A stretch of 64,000 bases of DNA from Marsupella aquatica. Lineage: Eukaryota > Plantae > Marchantiophyta. Below the pieces are notes generated by a model. The model saw only the letters and a program-made list of their open reading frames with translations. It had not been told where the DNA came from and searched no databases. Where the stretch lies: positions 10,447,874-10,511,873 of the forward strand of contig OZ316894.1 in assembly GCA_973895155.1 (NCBI GenBank). Reading direction: 5' to 3'. The position numbers and the translations under genes were made by a program. Below are positions 25,822-37,700 of the stretch, in pieces (within the stretch, counting starts at the first letter, position 1; every line of letters begins with the position of its first letter).

Positions 25822-25990
25822 GACGTCACCTAGGCTCACGTCACTACAGTGTTCTACAGAAACACGTTAAGGGCACGCGTGTTGGACTTGTACATGATCG
25901 GATATATTAACGAGCGTCATGATTCATGCTCTCACTGTGCTGTGTTGGATTGAAGTAACGTCACAATCCTTGTGATGTCTACGTATGACG
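25822..25990. promoter_or_regulatory. Cluster of five TGACG (as-1/TGA-type bZIP) motifs plus further ACGT cores
   Basis: CGTCA at ~25824, 25839, 25915, 25959 and TGACG at 25986, about 320-490 bp from the TATA-like GATATATATC at 25498-25507. Confidence 0.45.
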
Positions 25991-26898
25991 TTCCATGCAG
26001 TGTTTTTCCTGTGGCAATTTTTTGCAATTCTGTCTTGTCAACAACTTTTCACACTTTTGGCTAATTTTTAATTTTTCTAGTTGTTCGAGATCTCAGAGTG
26101 GTTCACTTCCACCAGTGTGAGGAGTGGTATCTTGTGTCACGGAAGAGATGTTAAAAATCTTCTGTATCTTAAGAATTTCTTAGATTTCTTCGTGACTGTT
26201 GGCGATCCCTAGCCTTCAGGAAACCGGCGTTGTGGCTGGTGGACTTGTGGTTTTAGTCCACCAGACAGTGGCAAATGAGACCCAAATAAAGTGGCAAATG
26301 GTCTTATTTGGCAAATGAGACCCAAATAAAGTGGCAAATGCTGGCCAACATTGGTGACTGTTTCTGGAGAGGTGGCATTTGGCAAGTTTTACCCAGTTTC
26401 TAGGGTCTATGAGCCAGAATCTGGCAGCTATCTAGACAGATATCTGTCTAGAAATAAATTAAGATATTTAAGAAGGAATTAATTTAGCACCTCCTCCTTG
26501 GCACATATGCTACCCTAGAGAATTAGTAAAATTTGGACAGCACTGACTTGGCCCTGGGAAGTCCCTTTCTAAAGTAGGTGATATTATAATTAGAGGTTTC
26601 TTGCCTCAGGGGCCCCATGAAGTTTTTAGTGGTGCTATTTATATTTATTAATCAAATATATTATTCTAACTTGAATATGATATGATTGATATCAAGAATT
26701 CAACTCAAAGCTTCTGGAAGCTTTGAAAAAAGTTGTTCCACTCTTCCATTGATTTTCTTGGGAGCTTGACCCTTGATAGTAAGAACCTGTAAGTTGACAT
26801 GTTATACATAACAAGGAGTGTCATACGTCGAAAAAGGGAAGGAATGTGAGCCTGGTTTAAGTGAGCAATGGACCCCTCATCCACAATAGGCACATGTG

Positions 26899-27228
26899 CT
26901 TGGGGGGGGGGGGGGGGGGGGGGGGGGGAAGGGCGGCATGCATCACGTGCGATGAAGTATAGGCCCTTTTAAATGGGTGTAGCAAAATATTTCCAAAGTT
27001 TTTTGAAAGAACACATAGCGCATGTTTTATTGACTGGTCGGCTTTAGAGAACACCTAGGCCTATTTAATTGTACACAATATTTTTAAATTTTTTAGGGGT
27101 TCTTTAGTAAAAATGACAAAATTTAAAGAAAGAAAGGGTTTTACAAAAAAAATTCACTTATAAGTTATAAGGTCAAAACCTAAAACTTCACACGCATTGT
27201 ATGGCCCTCCATATAGTGGACCCCCCAG
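26899..27228 (-). mobile_element. MITE, CTC-G(n) TIR family, subfamily A (inverted relative to the 62977 copy)
   Basis: 330 bp; perfect 8-bp TSD CACATGTG (26891-26898, 27229-27236); collinear with the reverse complement of 62977-63305; left TIR replaced by a ~27-G run. Confidence 0.9.
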
Positions 27229-27266
27229 CACATGTGAGACACGCAAATATGTGAGACACGCATATG

Positions 27267-27419
27267 TCTTCATCCGGGCCCAAGGGGCACAACCATGTTC
27301 AATCAGTGTGTATATATGGGATCGAAAGTGCTGCGCTCGCATTGGGGATTGGGGCCTGAAGTGGTTCCGACCCCATACACACTGATCGAACATGGTTGCG
27401 CCTTGGGCCCGGATGAAGA
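27267..27419. mobile_element. Small fold-back element (MITE-like), ~55-bp arms
   Basis: TCTTCATCCGGGCCCAAGG..CAACCATGTTC(A/G)ATCAGTGTGTAT and its reverse complement at the right end; no exact TSD. Confidence 0.7.
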
Positions 27420-28872
27420 TGATACTACAGTAAGGTTGACCTTAGGTCATCGACTATGGTTACTTTTTGGCCAATTGGAACACAGCAGTGGTCAAGTACT
27501 CGGGTTAAAAGTGATGGGATACAGTTTGGGGGACAGTATACTATATATTTTAGTTTTGGGGGCAGTATTGTAATAACTACCAATTTGGGAGGTAGTTTCG
27601 TAAAATGCTATTTTCCCAAATTGGTCAGAAAAGCAGTTCCCCTTCAGTTCATCTGAAGACATGTACCCGAAGGAATTGTTGCAGAATTCAGGAGCTCTAC
27701 CAAGGTGACCATGCCTTTTTTCAGAAAACCATTTTTTAGGGAGACTTTGTGGCGACCTCAAATACAAATGACCGGCCTACAAAATATTTTTTGCCCCTAC
27801 AGTTTACAGTTAGTAAGCTTTAACTAATATTGTAACATCCTATTAACAGGACATTGTAAAAATTAAAAATTAAAAAATTAAAATTAACAGGACATTGTGT
27901 GACGTAGTGCACTGAAAACAATACTGTTATGGCAGAGTTTTCACGGGCTATAATTATATATTGCCCATAATGCTCGGGTAACAGGATATTAATACACTTA
28001 ATATTTAGAACATTTTTTATTTTAGTAGAAGTAGAGGAGAAGTTTCAAAGCCTATAAGAATCTTCATTTTGAGTTTTAGTATTTTGACTAATAGTAGAGG
28101 AGACGTTTCAATAGTGAGGCTATCAATAACTTGATTTTTATTTTATATGTTTAGTAAAACTGTAAGGAGAAGGTTCAATAATGAGCCAATCCAAATCTTG
28201 CATGGCATTCTTACTTGATTTTTTGCATTTTCTTCATTGTGTGTGGCTAACATTTAACAAAATCCACTAGGGTTGACGATGCTCTGAGTACCAAATTCTT
28301 ATCTAAAAGGAACGTAGCCACTAATACAAATCACAGTGCTTTCTTCTAACTTAAAATAATACTAACGCCAGAACAAATGTCAAATCTAACAGTTCCAGTA
28401 GAGAATCTAATGGTTGATATATATGATTGGCTTTGTGGTGGGGGCCCAAAAATGCCCCCAAGATTTTTTTTCTGCGCATATGATTCTGCGCGGACTATGA
28501 TTTTGAGCATAGGATTCTGCAAAATATAAAATATAGTGTACAATACTAAAAAGAATGAATTTGCAATAGTTCAACTTTGGTCACGGGCCCGCTATGATAT
28601 AATGACAAAATGATTATGTATGCTAATAATTGTCTCCCTAGAAAGGAAGGGGCAAGGGAAAGGCACCACCCGACGTCGTTCCCATAATAAGTATTAACAA
28701 ATGGCTAGAAGGTTCACCGAGGCCAGAAGCGTCACAGCACTGTCCAGGCGTAGCCCATCCCTTGGACTGTGGCGAGTATCGTGGCCCCTGCCCCTCTGTC
28801 CTTTGGGTTGAGTCCCTTTCGGCGGCTTCTCTGGCCCCCTTCGCGGCCCTTCTCGAACTCCATCGGGCATTC

Positions 28873-28918
28873 ATGGCCTAGTTGACCGGTCAATGGCCTA
28901 GTTGACCGGTCAATGGCC
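28873..28918. repeat. 20-bp tandem duplication containing the palindrome TTGACCGGTCAA
   Basis: ATGGCCTAGTTGACCGGTCA x2 followed by ATGGCC. Confidence 0.95.
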
Positions 28919-30514
28919 GGTGGCCGGTGCCGCTCCAGCTCGGCCTTGGGCACCCTGGTGCCCTGCAACAGTAACAGAACAGACCCACCAAGGATACTAA
29001 GAACCGACAGAGGTTCAAACCGCACAAGCTCCTGTTGCAGTGCGCGTGCCGCTGCTCCTACGTAGCAATGCGACGCACGTTTGTTTTGTAATAATAACAA
29101 ACAGATCCTTTGTTCTGGACGCTGTACCAACTAATGCACTGCAGATTTTCGTCGATTACAGCAATGTCAATAGTCATGGCCTGGTCCTGAACTCGGTCTA
29201 AATTTGTTTCATTGACTATCGCTTCCCGTGCAACAGATCCAAGGCAGCGCTCCACGATTCTTCCTCAGAGCAACTCTCCTTTCGATCTTCTGTAGAAAAA
29301 ATCGAACACCCAGAGACCAGAGAAAGAACTACTACGCAATCAAAAGTCAAAATCCAGTGACCTTCACTCTGATCCGTCTGTATCCTTCTATTCAATCCTT
29401 GAGAATTTCAACCCCCCCAACCCGATGCATGGACTTGCCCAACGATGGAATGGCAGAAGCACCTGGGTAGGTGGATTTGACTGGATCTGCTTTGGTATGA
29501 CGTACCAACCGTGCTGATGCCTACAGTCCCGAATGAAGACAGGCAAAACTGCTTCGCAAGCGAGCTTTGAAATAGTTAGAACAGTCGCGTGAAGTTGCAA
29601 ACGCCAAGGAGTGAGACCAGGCTGCAACACGATGAACACCGTAACTTGATCTTGGTCTCCTCAATTAGGTCCTTGCGAAACTGAATCAAAATTCAGAACC
29701 CACCGCAGCAACCTTCATCCTGGTCCACTGCAAAAACTGGTCCATTGCAAGCTGGACCTGCCAGGACTGGATAACTCACTGTCGATGGTCACACTGAAGT
29801 GACAGTTCTCCACCCAATTCTCATGAACACGGTTTTGATGAACTATTTCGCGAATTTCAAATACCATCCATTCGGAATGGGCTGGGGCTCTGCGCAGCCT
29901 AATCGAAAGGGCCTCTGTATATATGCCATAATCGGTAACACCATCTAAACAGTGACGAGGCAAGTTATTGGAACGCAATTGAGAGGTGACTGATCAGGGT
30001 GGGTCGTCGTCCTTTATTGGATTGTGACAAATGAATAAATTGATGTCGATTGACAAAGACTGTGAACTGCAGCAGCTATCCAGGATATGAAACAAAATTC
30101 CTAACTAAATCATCATGACAATCACGACCTGGTTGAATTGGCTAGATAAGCCCCGCGAAACTTAAACGACCCCTGAGCTAAAATGGTTTTGTGGCGCACA
30201 TCAAAACCTATTTCGCCGCAAAAATTTTACAATTTCAACTCCTGTTTGAAATTGACGCTTTTACTCTATGCCTAATCTACTTTCTCTACTCAAAATTGAC
30301 GGCTCTCCGACTCCCATTGGTAGTAGCGTTCATTAACGCGAAGAGAATTCTTCAATGAATCTCTCGAACGTAAAACTGGAAATAAATCGAGGTAGAACCG
30401 AAGGCCAAAAAATTGAAATTCATCCACGTCTCAGCTTAGACATTTTCTGCCAATGAATAGGTTAGGGGGAACGAGTTCAACGAATGTAGGTAAGGTTATA
30501 GCACTGACGAAGAA

Positions 30515-33263
30515 CTACTCTCTGTCGGAACCCGGCATAACATCGTAACTGAACGGATTAAATCCTTGAGTCGTCTCCACCTTCACATCATCCCGGGTAT
30601 GAGCTGGTTGTTGGGAGCTCATAGCTGGTTGTTGGGAGCTCATAGAAACTGTAGGTTGCTGGCTCATGTTCATGCTGGAGTCCGACCAACCGCCGATAGG
30701 CCGAGGAGATTGTTCGAAAATTTCGTCGAACGTGAGAGCTTCATCATCCCGTCGCCAGCTCCTCTTTGACATCGAACTATCATACTGCTGGTTACCCATC
30801 ATCTGCTGCTCCAAAGCTTGTCGCTGTTGTTGTTGTTGCTGCATATACCAGTCCGTCTCACTTAGGGGAGGTCCTTGAAGCTGGACAATCTCCGCGGCAT
30901 GCAATGACTCACTAGCACTACTGCTTGTGCTGGCATGCGGATGTTGATCAATATTGCTTGCATACAAGGATTCAACCATCCATGATTCCTCAAGGTTTTG
31001 CAATTGCGAGTGAGTCCAGTCGAAAGACGACGATTCTCCGTGCTGTTGCTGCGAAGACGGAAATCCCATGGATGACGACGATTGATATAGAGCAGCTGCT
31101 GTCGATAATTGTAGTGGCTGCGAATAAGGAGCCTGAGAAAAGTGCTGCATAGATCTTTCTGAGTGAGTGATGGGTTGGGGAATACTCATGGAGCTGTAAG
31201 AGGGCGCTGTCGCCCTCGAAACCGGGGCCACGATGGGAAGTGATGCAGGGATTTCCAGCGATGCAGCGGCTTTTCCGGCTGCTGCGGATCCATCACTTAC
31301 GTTGGAAGAGGTTGCACTCTTGCTCGCACTAGCACGAGCTAGTTCAGCTGCGGCATGGTGAGACTCTGCTGGAAAATTTAATTTGGCACGAGATCCCCGG
31401 AAACCTATAGCAGCCTTGTCATAAGCTCTAGCCGCGGCTTCAGGCGTATCAAACGTACCCAGCCAGACCCTGGCTGCTTTTTTAGGATCACGGATTTCTG
31501 CTGCCCATTTGCCCCATGGCCTCTGCCTCACTCCCCGATATCTCTTTCTCTTCTGTGCTGGTGGTACTACGTTGCTCGCTGCACTAGTTTCTTCCGGATT
31601 GTCGGTTGATTTATCGCTTCCTGTAGACATTGCACGTAATAACGAAGAACATCAGACTTTTGCAATTCACGACTAAATACATCTCAAGGCCTACACTGAA
31701 TTCATGAAATCGGAGGTTCCCTAATCTATAGACACTTTTCGATCCCTCTCGCTCGCTTAACCGGCTAGTGTGCCGCGATTCATTTCCCCACGGCAGAGCG
31801 ATGATTGACTACGATTTTAGATCAAAACTCCCAACTTTTGGTACCAGTGACTGAATACTGTGAAGTATGAAGCGATTCACTACGAGGCATACATAATTGG
31901 AAGAGCATGTAGTCAAAAGACTGCTAGTCCTAGTCCCAGCTCATGACCCACTTAACGTGCCGAAGAATGCCTCGCCGCTATTCTTCTGTACCAAGATGAA
32001 AACACTGCTCCAAACACCAAGTTCAAAAGAACCTATCACCCTTTCTTGCATAGCAAGATTTGTCACCAGGGCAGCGTATGCTCTACAACATTTCTAGATG
32101 ACTCCAAAACACTAAAGGCTGCTCAGGTTCACGGAGCGCTTTATAGTTTCTGCTACCCAGACAAGAGGATGCTACCTAGACATGAGGACTTACAGACATA
32201 GGCAGCTTCCACTGATTTCCTGTGCTCTCTCAGCCCTCCCTCGTATACGACCACTTTACGGCTTTGACTCAGGTTTGACTTCCAAAAAACTTTATTTTAA
32301 AATAATCATAATGTCGCATTCCAATTTTCCATCCGATGGGCAGGAATTCCAATCACAACCTGCCGCTGACTCTCAGACAAGCTAGAACCTACAGAGCGAC
32401 TTCCTTAGAAAATGAGAAAAAATAACTGAATTCGCGTGTCCTGTTACTTAATGACTGCGCCGCTTTCTCTTTTGCAGCTGACAGTATGCCGAATGTGACC
32501 AATCGTCATCCGTAGCCCTCAAGGTTCAGCTCAGGTAATACGAATTGCAATCTCAAGTATCATTCCCTCACTGACTAAAGTGCAGGACTCTGAATTTTGT
32601 CTAAAGACAGGCGAATTGCTGGACTATTGGCAATTGACCTAAGGACTCATCAAAGATCAAATCAATGCAGAGAGGTAGCAGAAAGATTGACGAAGCAAGA
32701 ATCGATGAATGAGTCTTACCTTCTAGATAACGTCCCTGTTGTTGTGAACTAAGGGCGAATTGTCCAGCGGCGGCGGTCTTCCCAGAATCGGAGCTTGACT
32801 CAGCTCGACTCAGGTGAGTCGCATATACTCCGCTGGTGCTGCTCTCTTCTGGCTTCAGGTGCCAATTCTGGCCAATTTGTAACGCATTGTGCTTGAATCC
32901 ATGGTCTACTCCACTACCCCATAGATTATCATTTCGCATTCCCGAGTCTTGGTAGAGCTTAGACTGGCCGTGACGTTCTGCCAATGCTTGCTCCGCAGCT
33001 AGTAGCATTTTGCTCCACTCCGGATGAGACTGCCCTTGGGTTCCATAACTCCGTTGCTGCTGATGGTGTGCAGCGTATGCGCCAAAGCCTCCCATACCCA
33101 TGGTGCTCTTCTTACCACCATCTTCTAGGTAAATAGGCTTAGGTGATACTGAGATAGAATCCACTACTAGCTCCGAGGCCAGCGACGGTAATTCTGCTAC
33201 CCCTCCTCCTCCTACCGCCGCCACTCCCAAGTCCACATTCTTACACATTGGATATAGTAGCAT
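30515..33263 (-). CDS. AP2/ERF transcription factor, ERF subfamily (group X-like), 2 exons, ~549 aa
   Basis: Exon 1 33263-32720 (donor GAAG|GTAAGA) and exon 2 31620-30515 (acceptor CTACAG), phase 1 consistent. AP2 domain [58 protein letters not shown]; S/Q-rich C-terminus with acidic [12 protein letters not shown]; N-terminal helix [13 protein letters not shown] loosely resembles the group X CMX-1 motif. An in-frame TAG lies upstream of 33263; start could be 33263 or 33248. Confidence 0.92.
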
Positions 33264-36200
33264 ACTCAATTTGCGGCTCTCAGAATCGGCCGACTCAGGA
33301 ACTCTCCTGTTCTCTCCTATTTCAAATTCTGCTTCCAGCGCTCCCAATCCCTATTCCCAAACCTCAATTTCTCTCCTTCTGCTTTAACGGGCCCTCGCTC
33401 TTCGATTTTCAGGCTTCAATTCCTAATCCAATACCGCTTTTTCTATCCCCCCTGTTGCCAATCCAAATTGCTCTCCGCCAATGCGCACTTTTTCAAACTC
33501 GCTGGTTTTGAATGCTACTTATGCAACAAGTGGCAGTGCTTATCTGTGATTCCTGTCGCAGGGCTTGATTGAATGCTGCGGCTCGAGGAACAGTGTTCGT
33601 TTTCGTTTCGACTTCAATCGGACCCCACTCTTTCTCCACTTCAGCTTCAAAAGCGAAGCAAATGCGTTTTCAATTCCCATTGCGATCGAGCAATATATAC
33701 CAGCAGCTTCCCCATTCATCGCGATCATTCCAGCGCAGCGCGCCTCCTCCCCCCCCCCCTAGCTGTGATCCCCAGTTCTTCATGGATCGCAAGAAGCAGC
33801 CTCAACCCGACTCACATTTCCTCGAAGAGGAGGAGCAGAGACTACGCGCTGACTTGGTATGCCACGTCGCTGCCTTTTGCAGCAAACACGCGTCGGGTTC
33901 ACCTATCCAGTAACCCTATCTTCACCACGTGACGAAATATAGTTCCGACGCTCCTACCTGGTTAAGTCTCTAGAACGTCCTCACAAAATCCAGAAGAAAA
34001 ACTCTGTGCCGCCGATACGTTGGATCGACGGCCGGTAATTTAGTCGGAGTTGAATTTAAATACATTTCACGTATTTATTCGGGTACGCCTAGTCACCGTG
34101 GTTAGCTGTCCACTGTGCGGACAGTTGCGCCACATCGTCTGTGTCCTCTTAACAGTTTGGATGTGAACCTTGCCTGGACATAACTATTATTTACGGACCC
34201 CACTAGAGGTTCCTTCCAAAATTCCCGGCACCATAGCGTGCCATGTCAACAACAATCACAACAAACAAGACTCATTGGTTTTGTGAATCAAATTTATAAT
34301 TTTGATTCGTGTTTGTGACAATTTGGATGTAAATTTTGGGACGCCATGTCGTAAAAAGAAAAATAAAAACATTGAAAATGCAAAGAGCAAGACGGTTAAA
34401 ACTGTCATTATGTAACCGTTTTAGTTACATTTCCAATTTTAAAACTTAAATTCAAAGATTTATAAAAAGTATTTTTCATATAATAAATAATAACTAATAA
34501 CTAACTTGATAACTTCCTTGTTAAATCGCAACTCCCGGTAAGGACTTCTCGTATTGTACGGCCATTAATGCTGGGAAGAGCACATAGAAACCCAGGATCG
34601 GGGAGGAGGAATGGCTGGAATCTTGAAAGTTCATCGAATTTTATATTCAAAACTATTTACTCATTCTCAAAACAAAAAATACCCAGTCGTAGATCTCATT
34701 GAGATCTTTCTTTTGCACCCTAGATCGCCTTCTAACATGGATGAATAAGATTTCTAGAGGCATTACAAAATGGACGGCAAAGATCATAAAATCAACAAAA
34801 TCGACGGCTAAGATCATAAAATCAACAAAATCGATGGTTAGGAAGGCTTGGATTTGTTTGATTTTTCATTTGAAAAATATTAACCCATTTGCAAAACGGA
34901 CAGAACCCATCCATAGATCTATTTGAGATCTTTCTTTTGAGCCATAGATTGGTCATTATGATAGAAAAAAAAATTTCCGGAGATAAGAAATGGAGACAAC
35001 TCAGATTGACTCTTCCCCCTGATTTTATTAGCCAAGGGGTCCACTAACTAATTGCATCTTGCCTTCAGTTTAGAGCCCCTGGTTATTTTGGAAAGTTTGG
35101 GATTATTCGAATTTCCAGCTTATAACGCTTCCTTGGTGAATCTAAAGATCTGAAGATCAGGTAAAGTACTTGGGACGCTGTTTTGTTAATTTGAATTTCT
35201 GATTCCCTCGGTTTGATATCTAGTAGGCCTATCTAATAGGGCATCGACATTGGCCAAACCCATACTCTATTTTAATTGACCTCCCTACTTCCTTCGCCTC
35301 CCTTCCAATGACAGAAGAAATTATTCCCTTTTTCTATTTTCCAACTTCAATCTTACTTCCCTTCTCACCACTCTCAAGAGATTGGGGTTGTTAAAGTTAT
35401 TAAACACCAATCTCATAATATTTTTGGGTGCTTTCTTTATGAAATGCAATCTGGGCGGGAAGCAATCATGACCACTCACTGAAATCCTATTTTTTTTGAA
35501 CCATTTGATCGGCAAACAACCCCTGCTATTCCCCTCCCTCCTCCCCACTTGCCATCACATCGCGCCTCACGCAGGCAGTGCCTCCCTGCAGTACCCTTCC
35601 CACTTGCCCTCACCCTTGCCCTCCATGCATGACTCCATCTCTGATGCACCCTCAGTCAATTTGCCCTCTGTGCCTGACACCCTTGTTGCCTGTGCCCTCG
35701 CCCTCCCTGACCCACCCCTTGCAAGGGAAGGGGAAGGAGAGAAACCAGAGAGTGGGAGAAAAGAGAAATTAATGAAAATGATTTCCTGCGATCTCTCCCT
35801 CTCTCTATTTTGCAGTCAGGTCTTGGGCTCAAAAGTTTGCCTATCCATAATTATTTGTGCCTCAATGAATCCATGCTTCCAACAAAATTAAATAATTGAT
35901 TCCGCAAAAAATGTATCAATAATTTCCTTTTCTCACCTGCAGTGTGCCAGAAGGAGACAGTTACACATTTTAGTTGGAGACAGTCTATGTTAGGCGATAC
36001 TTCACCCACCTTATATTTCATGTTAAATATTGTTACAATTATACATTTGGGATCTCAACCACCTTTTATTTTCGATTTTGGTGGCCAATTTGTGGCCTCT
36101 CTTTGTTATATTAATAGATAAAGGTTTGACAATTTTAGAGTGAAATATTTGGTACTCACTCTTGGAGACCCTGTAAACATTACAATCTTCAAAAGCATAC

Positions 36201-36699
36201 ATAAGAAAAAATCTGCGGGTCACTTTGCCTCGAGTTTATAGTGAAGGCTGGGTGGGACTTGGAAAGATAAAAAGTTAGCTCGAAGGAAACTGAGCCAAAG
36301 CGAAAGATACAATGGATAAAGATAAACTCTGAACTTGGCAACTGTAGGACCCACTGTCCATTATCCACTCGCAAATAAATCCCAATTAAAAGAATACACG
36401 GAACTTACGTCCTGCAGAAGATTCGATCATTTATGCCCTTAATTAATTAATTAGCTCGACGAGGCAGAAATCAGAAATGTAGTTCGAAAGAAATGAATCA
36501 GCGTTACTGTAGAAGCTCCCAAGAGGCATCTTACTCTGAAAGACATCTTTTATCCCTGCCTGCGCATCATTGGCCTTGGCCTGTCCTCGTGGCCCCCGGC
36601 CTGGTCTGGGGCCGCCAGCAAGGACCTGGGCACGTCCCGTGCTACCTTCCTACCCAGAGGGCCGTCCCAGTGAACCAACGGGCTCTAGCCATTAGTTTG

Positions 36700-36990
36700 C
36701 CAAGTGAGGGCGAAGCACCCCCAACTCACTCAGGCATGTTTCTGGGAGACTAATTCCATGAACTAGCTAAGTGGGGGAGAAGTACTCCGAGCCCCTTCAG
36801 GAGTGCAGTGGCCATGAGTGTGTTGGGAGCAGGTCGCAGGCATTTATTTTGTGAAAGCGAGGGAGAAGCACCCCCAGCTCTGCCACAGACCTCAGTGACT
36901 CATGTTTCCAGGAGACGCGCGTGGTTCCTTGCACAAGTGAGTGGGGGGGGGGAAGTACCCCGAGTCCCAGAGACAGTTCATGCAGGGCCC
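36700..36990. repeat. GC-rich diverged tandem duplication (~150-175-bp period)
   Basis: GAAGCACCCCCA(A/G)CTC at ~36712 and ~36865; GAAGTAC(T/C)CCGAG at ~36779 and ~36952. Confidence 0.6.
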
Positions 36991-37315
36991 AATTTGGGGA
37001 GCACTTCCATGCATTTGTAAATTGGGGGAGGCGAGCCAAACTAGCATTCCGAAAGCGGGGTTCCATGCAATCTAGCAAATCCGGAGAGTATTCTATTTCG
37101 TCGATGATCGGTTAATAGAAACAATACAAAATATACAGTACTATCGGGCCAAAGAGAGGAGCATGCGCACGTGTGTTTTTAACGCAATGTCGTGGATGTA
37201 GGTGGAACTGAGTAAAATCAGTTTGGGCTAGGGACTAGGGACTGTGGAGGAAGACTCGTGGAGAAAGGCTGGAGAGGAGTAAAAGACACAGTAATCCACT
37301 TCAGCTTCCGCAGTG

Positions 37316-37700
37316 AGTTCCGGACCGAGATCTGGAGAAAAAACAGCCCAAAAAAATGGAAATAAATATTTTGGAACGACGAGAAACGCCGCACGAATCG
37401 AATCAGTCTAGAAACAAGGGGAGCTCCCGAAGGTGGTGAATGATAACATATTGGGATACATAGCTGGAAAAGGGGACGGTGAGTGAATTAGCAAATATAG
37501 CACATGGAAAGTTCCGGACCGAGATCTGGACAAAAAACAGCCCAAAAAAATGGAAATATTTGGAACGAGGAGAAACGCCGTACGAATCGAATCAGTCTAG
37601 AAACAAAGGGGAGCTCCCGAAGGTGGTGAATGATAACATATTGGGACACATTGCTGGAAAAGGGGACGGTGAGTGAATTAGCAAATATAGCACATGGAAA
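37316..37700. repeat. Near-identical 194-bp tandem duplication
   Basis: AGTTCCGGACCGAGATCTGGA...GCACATGGAAA starts at 37316 and again at 37510. Confidence 0.95.
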
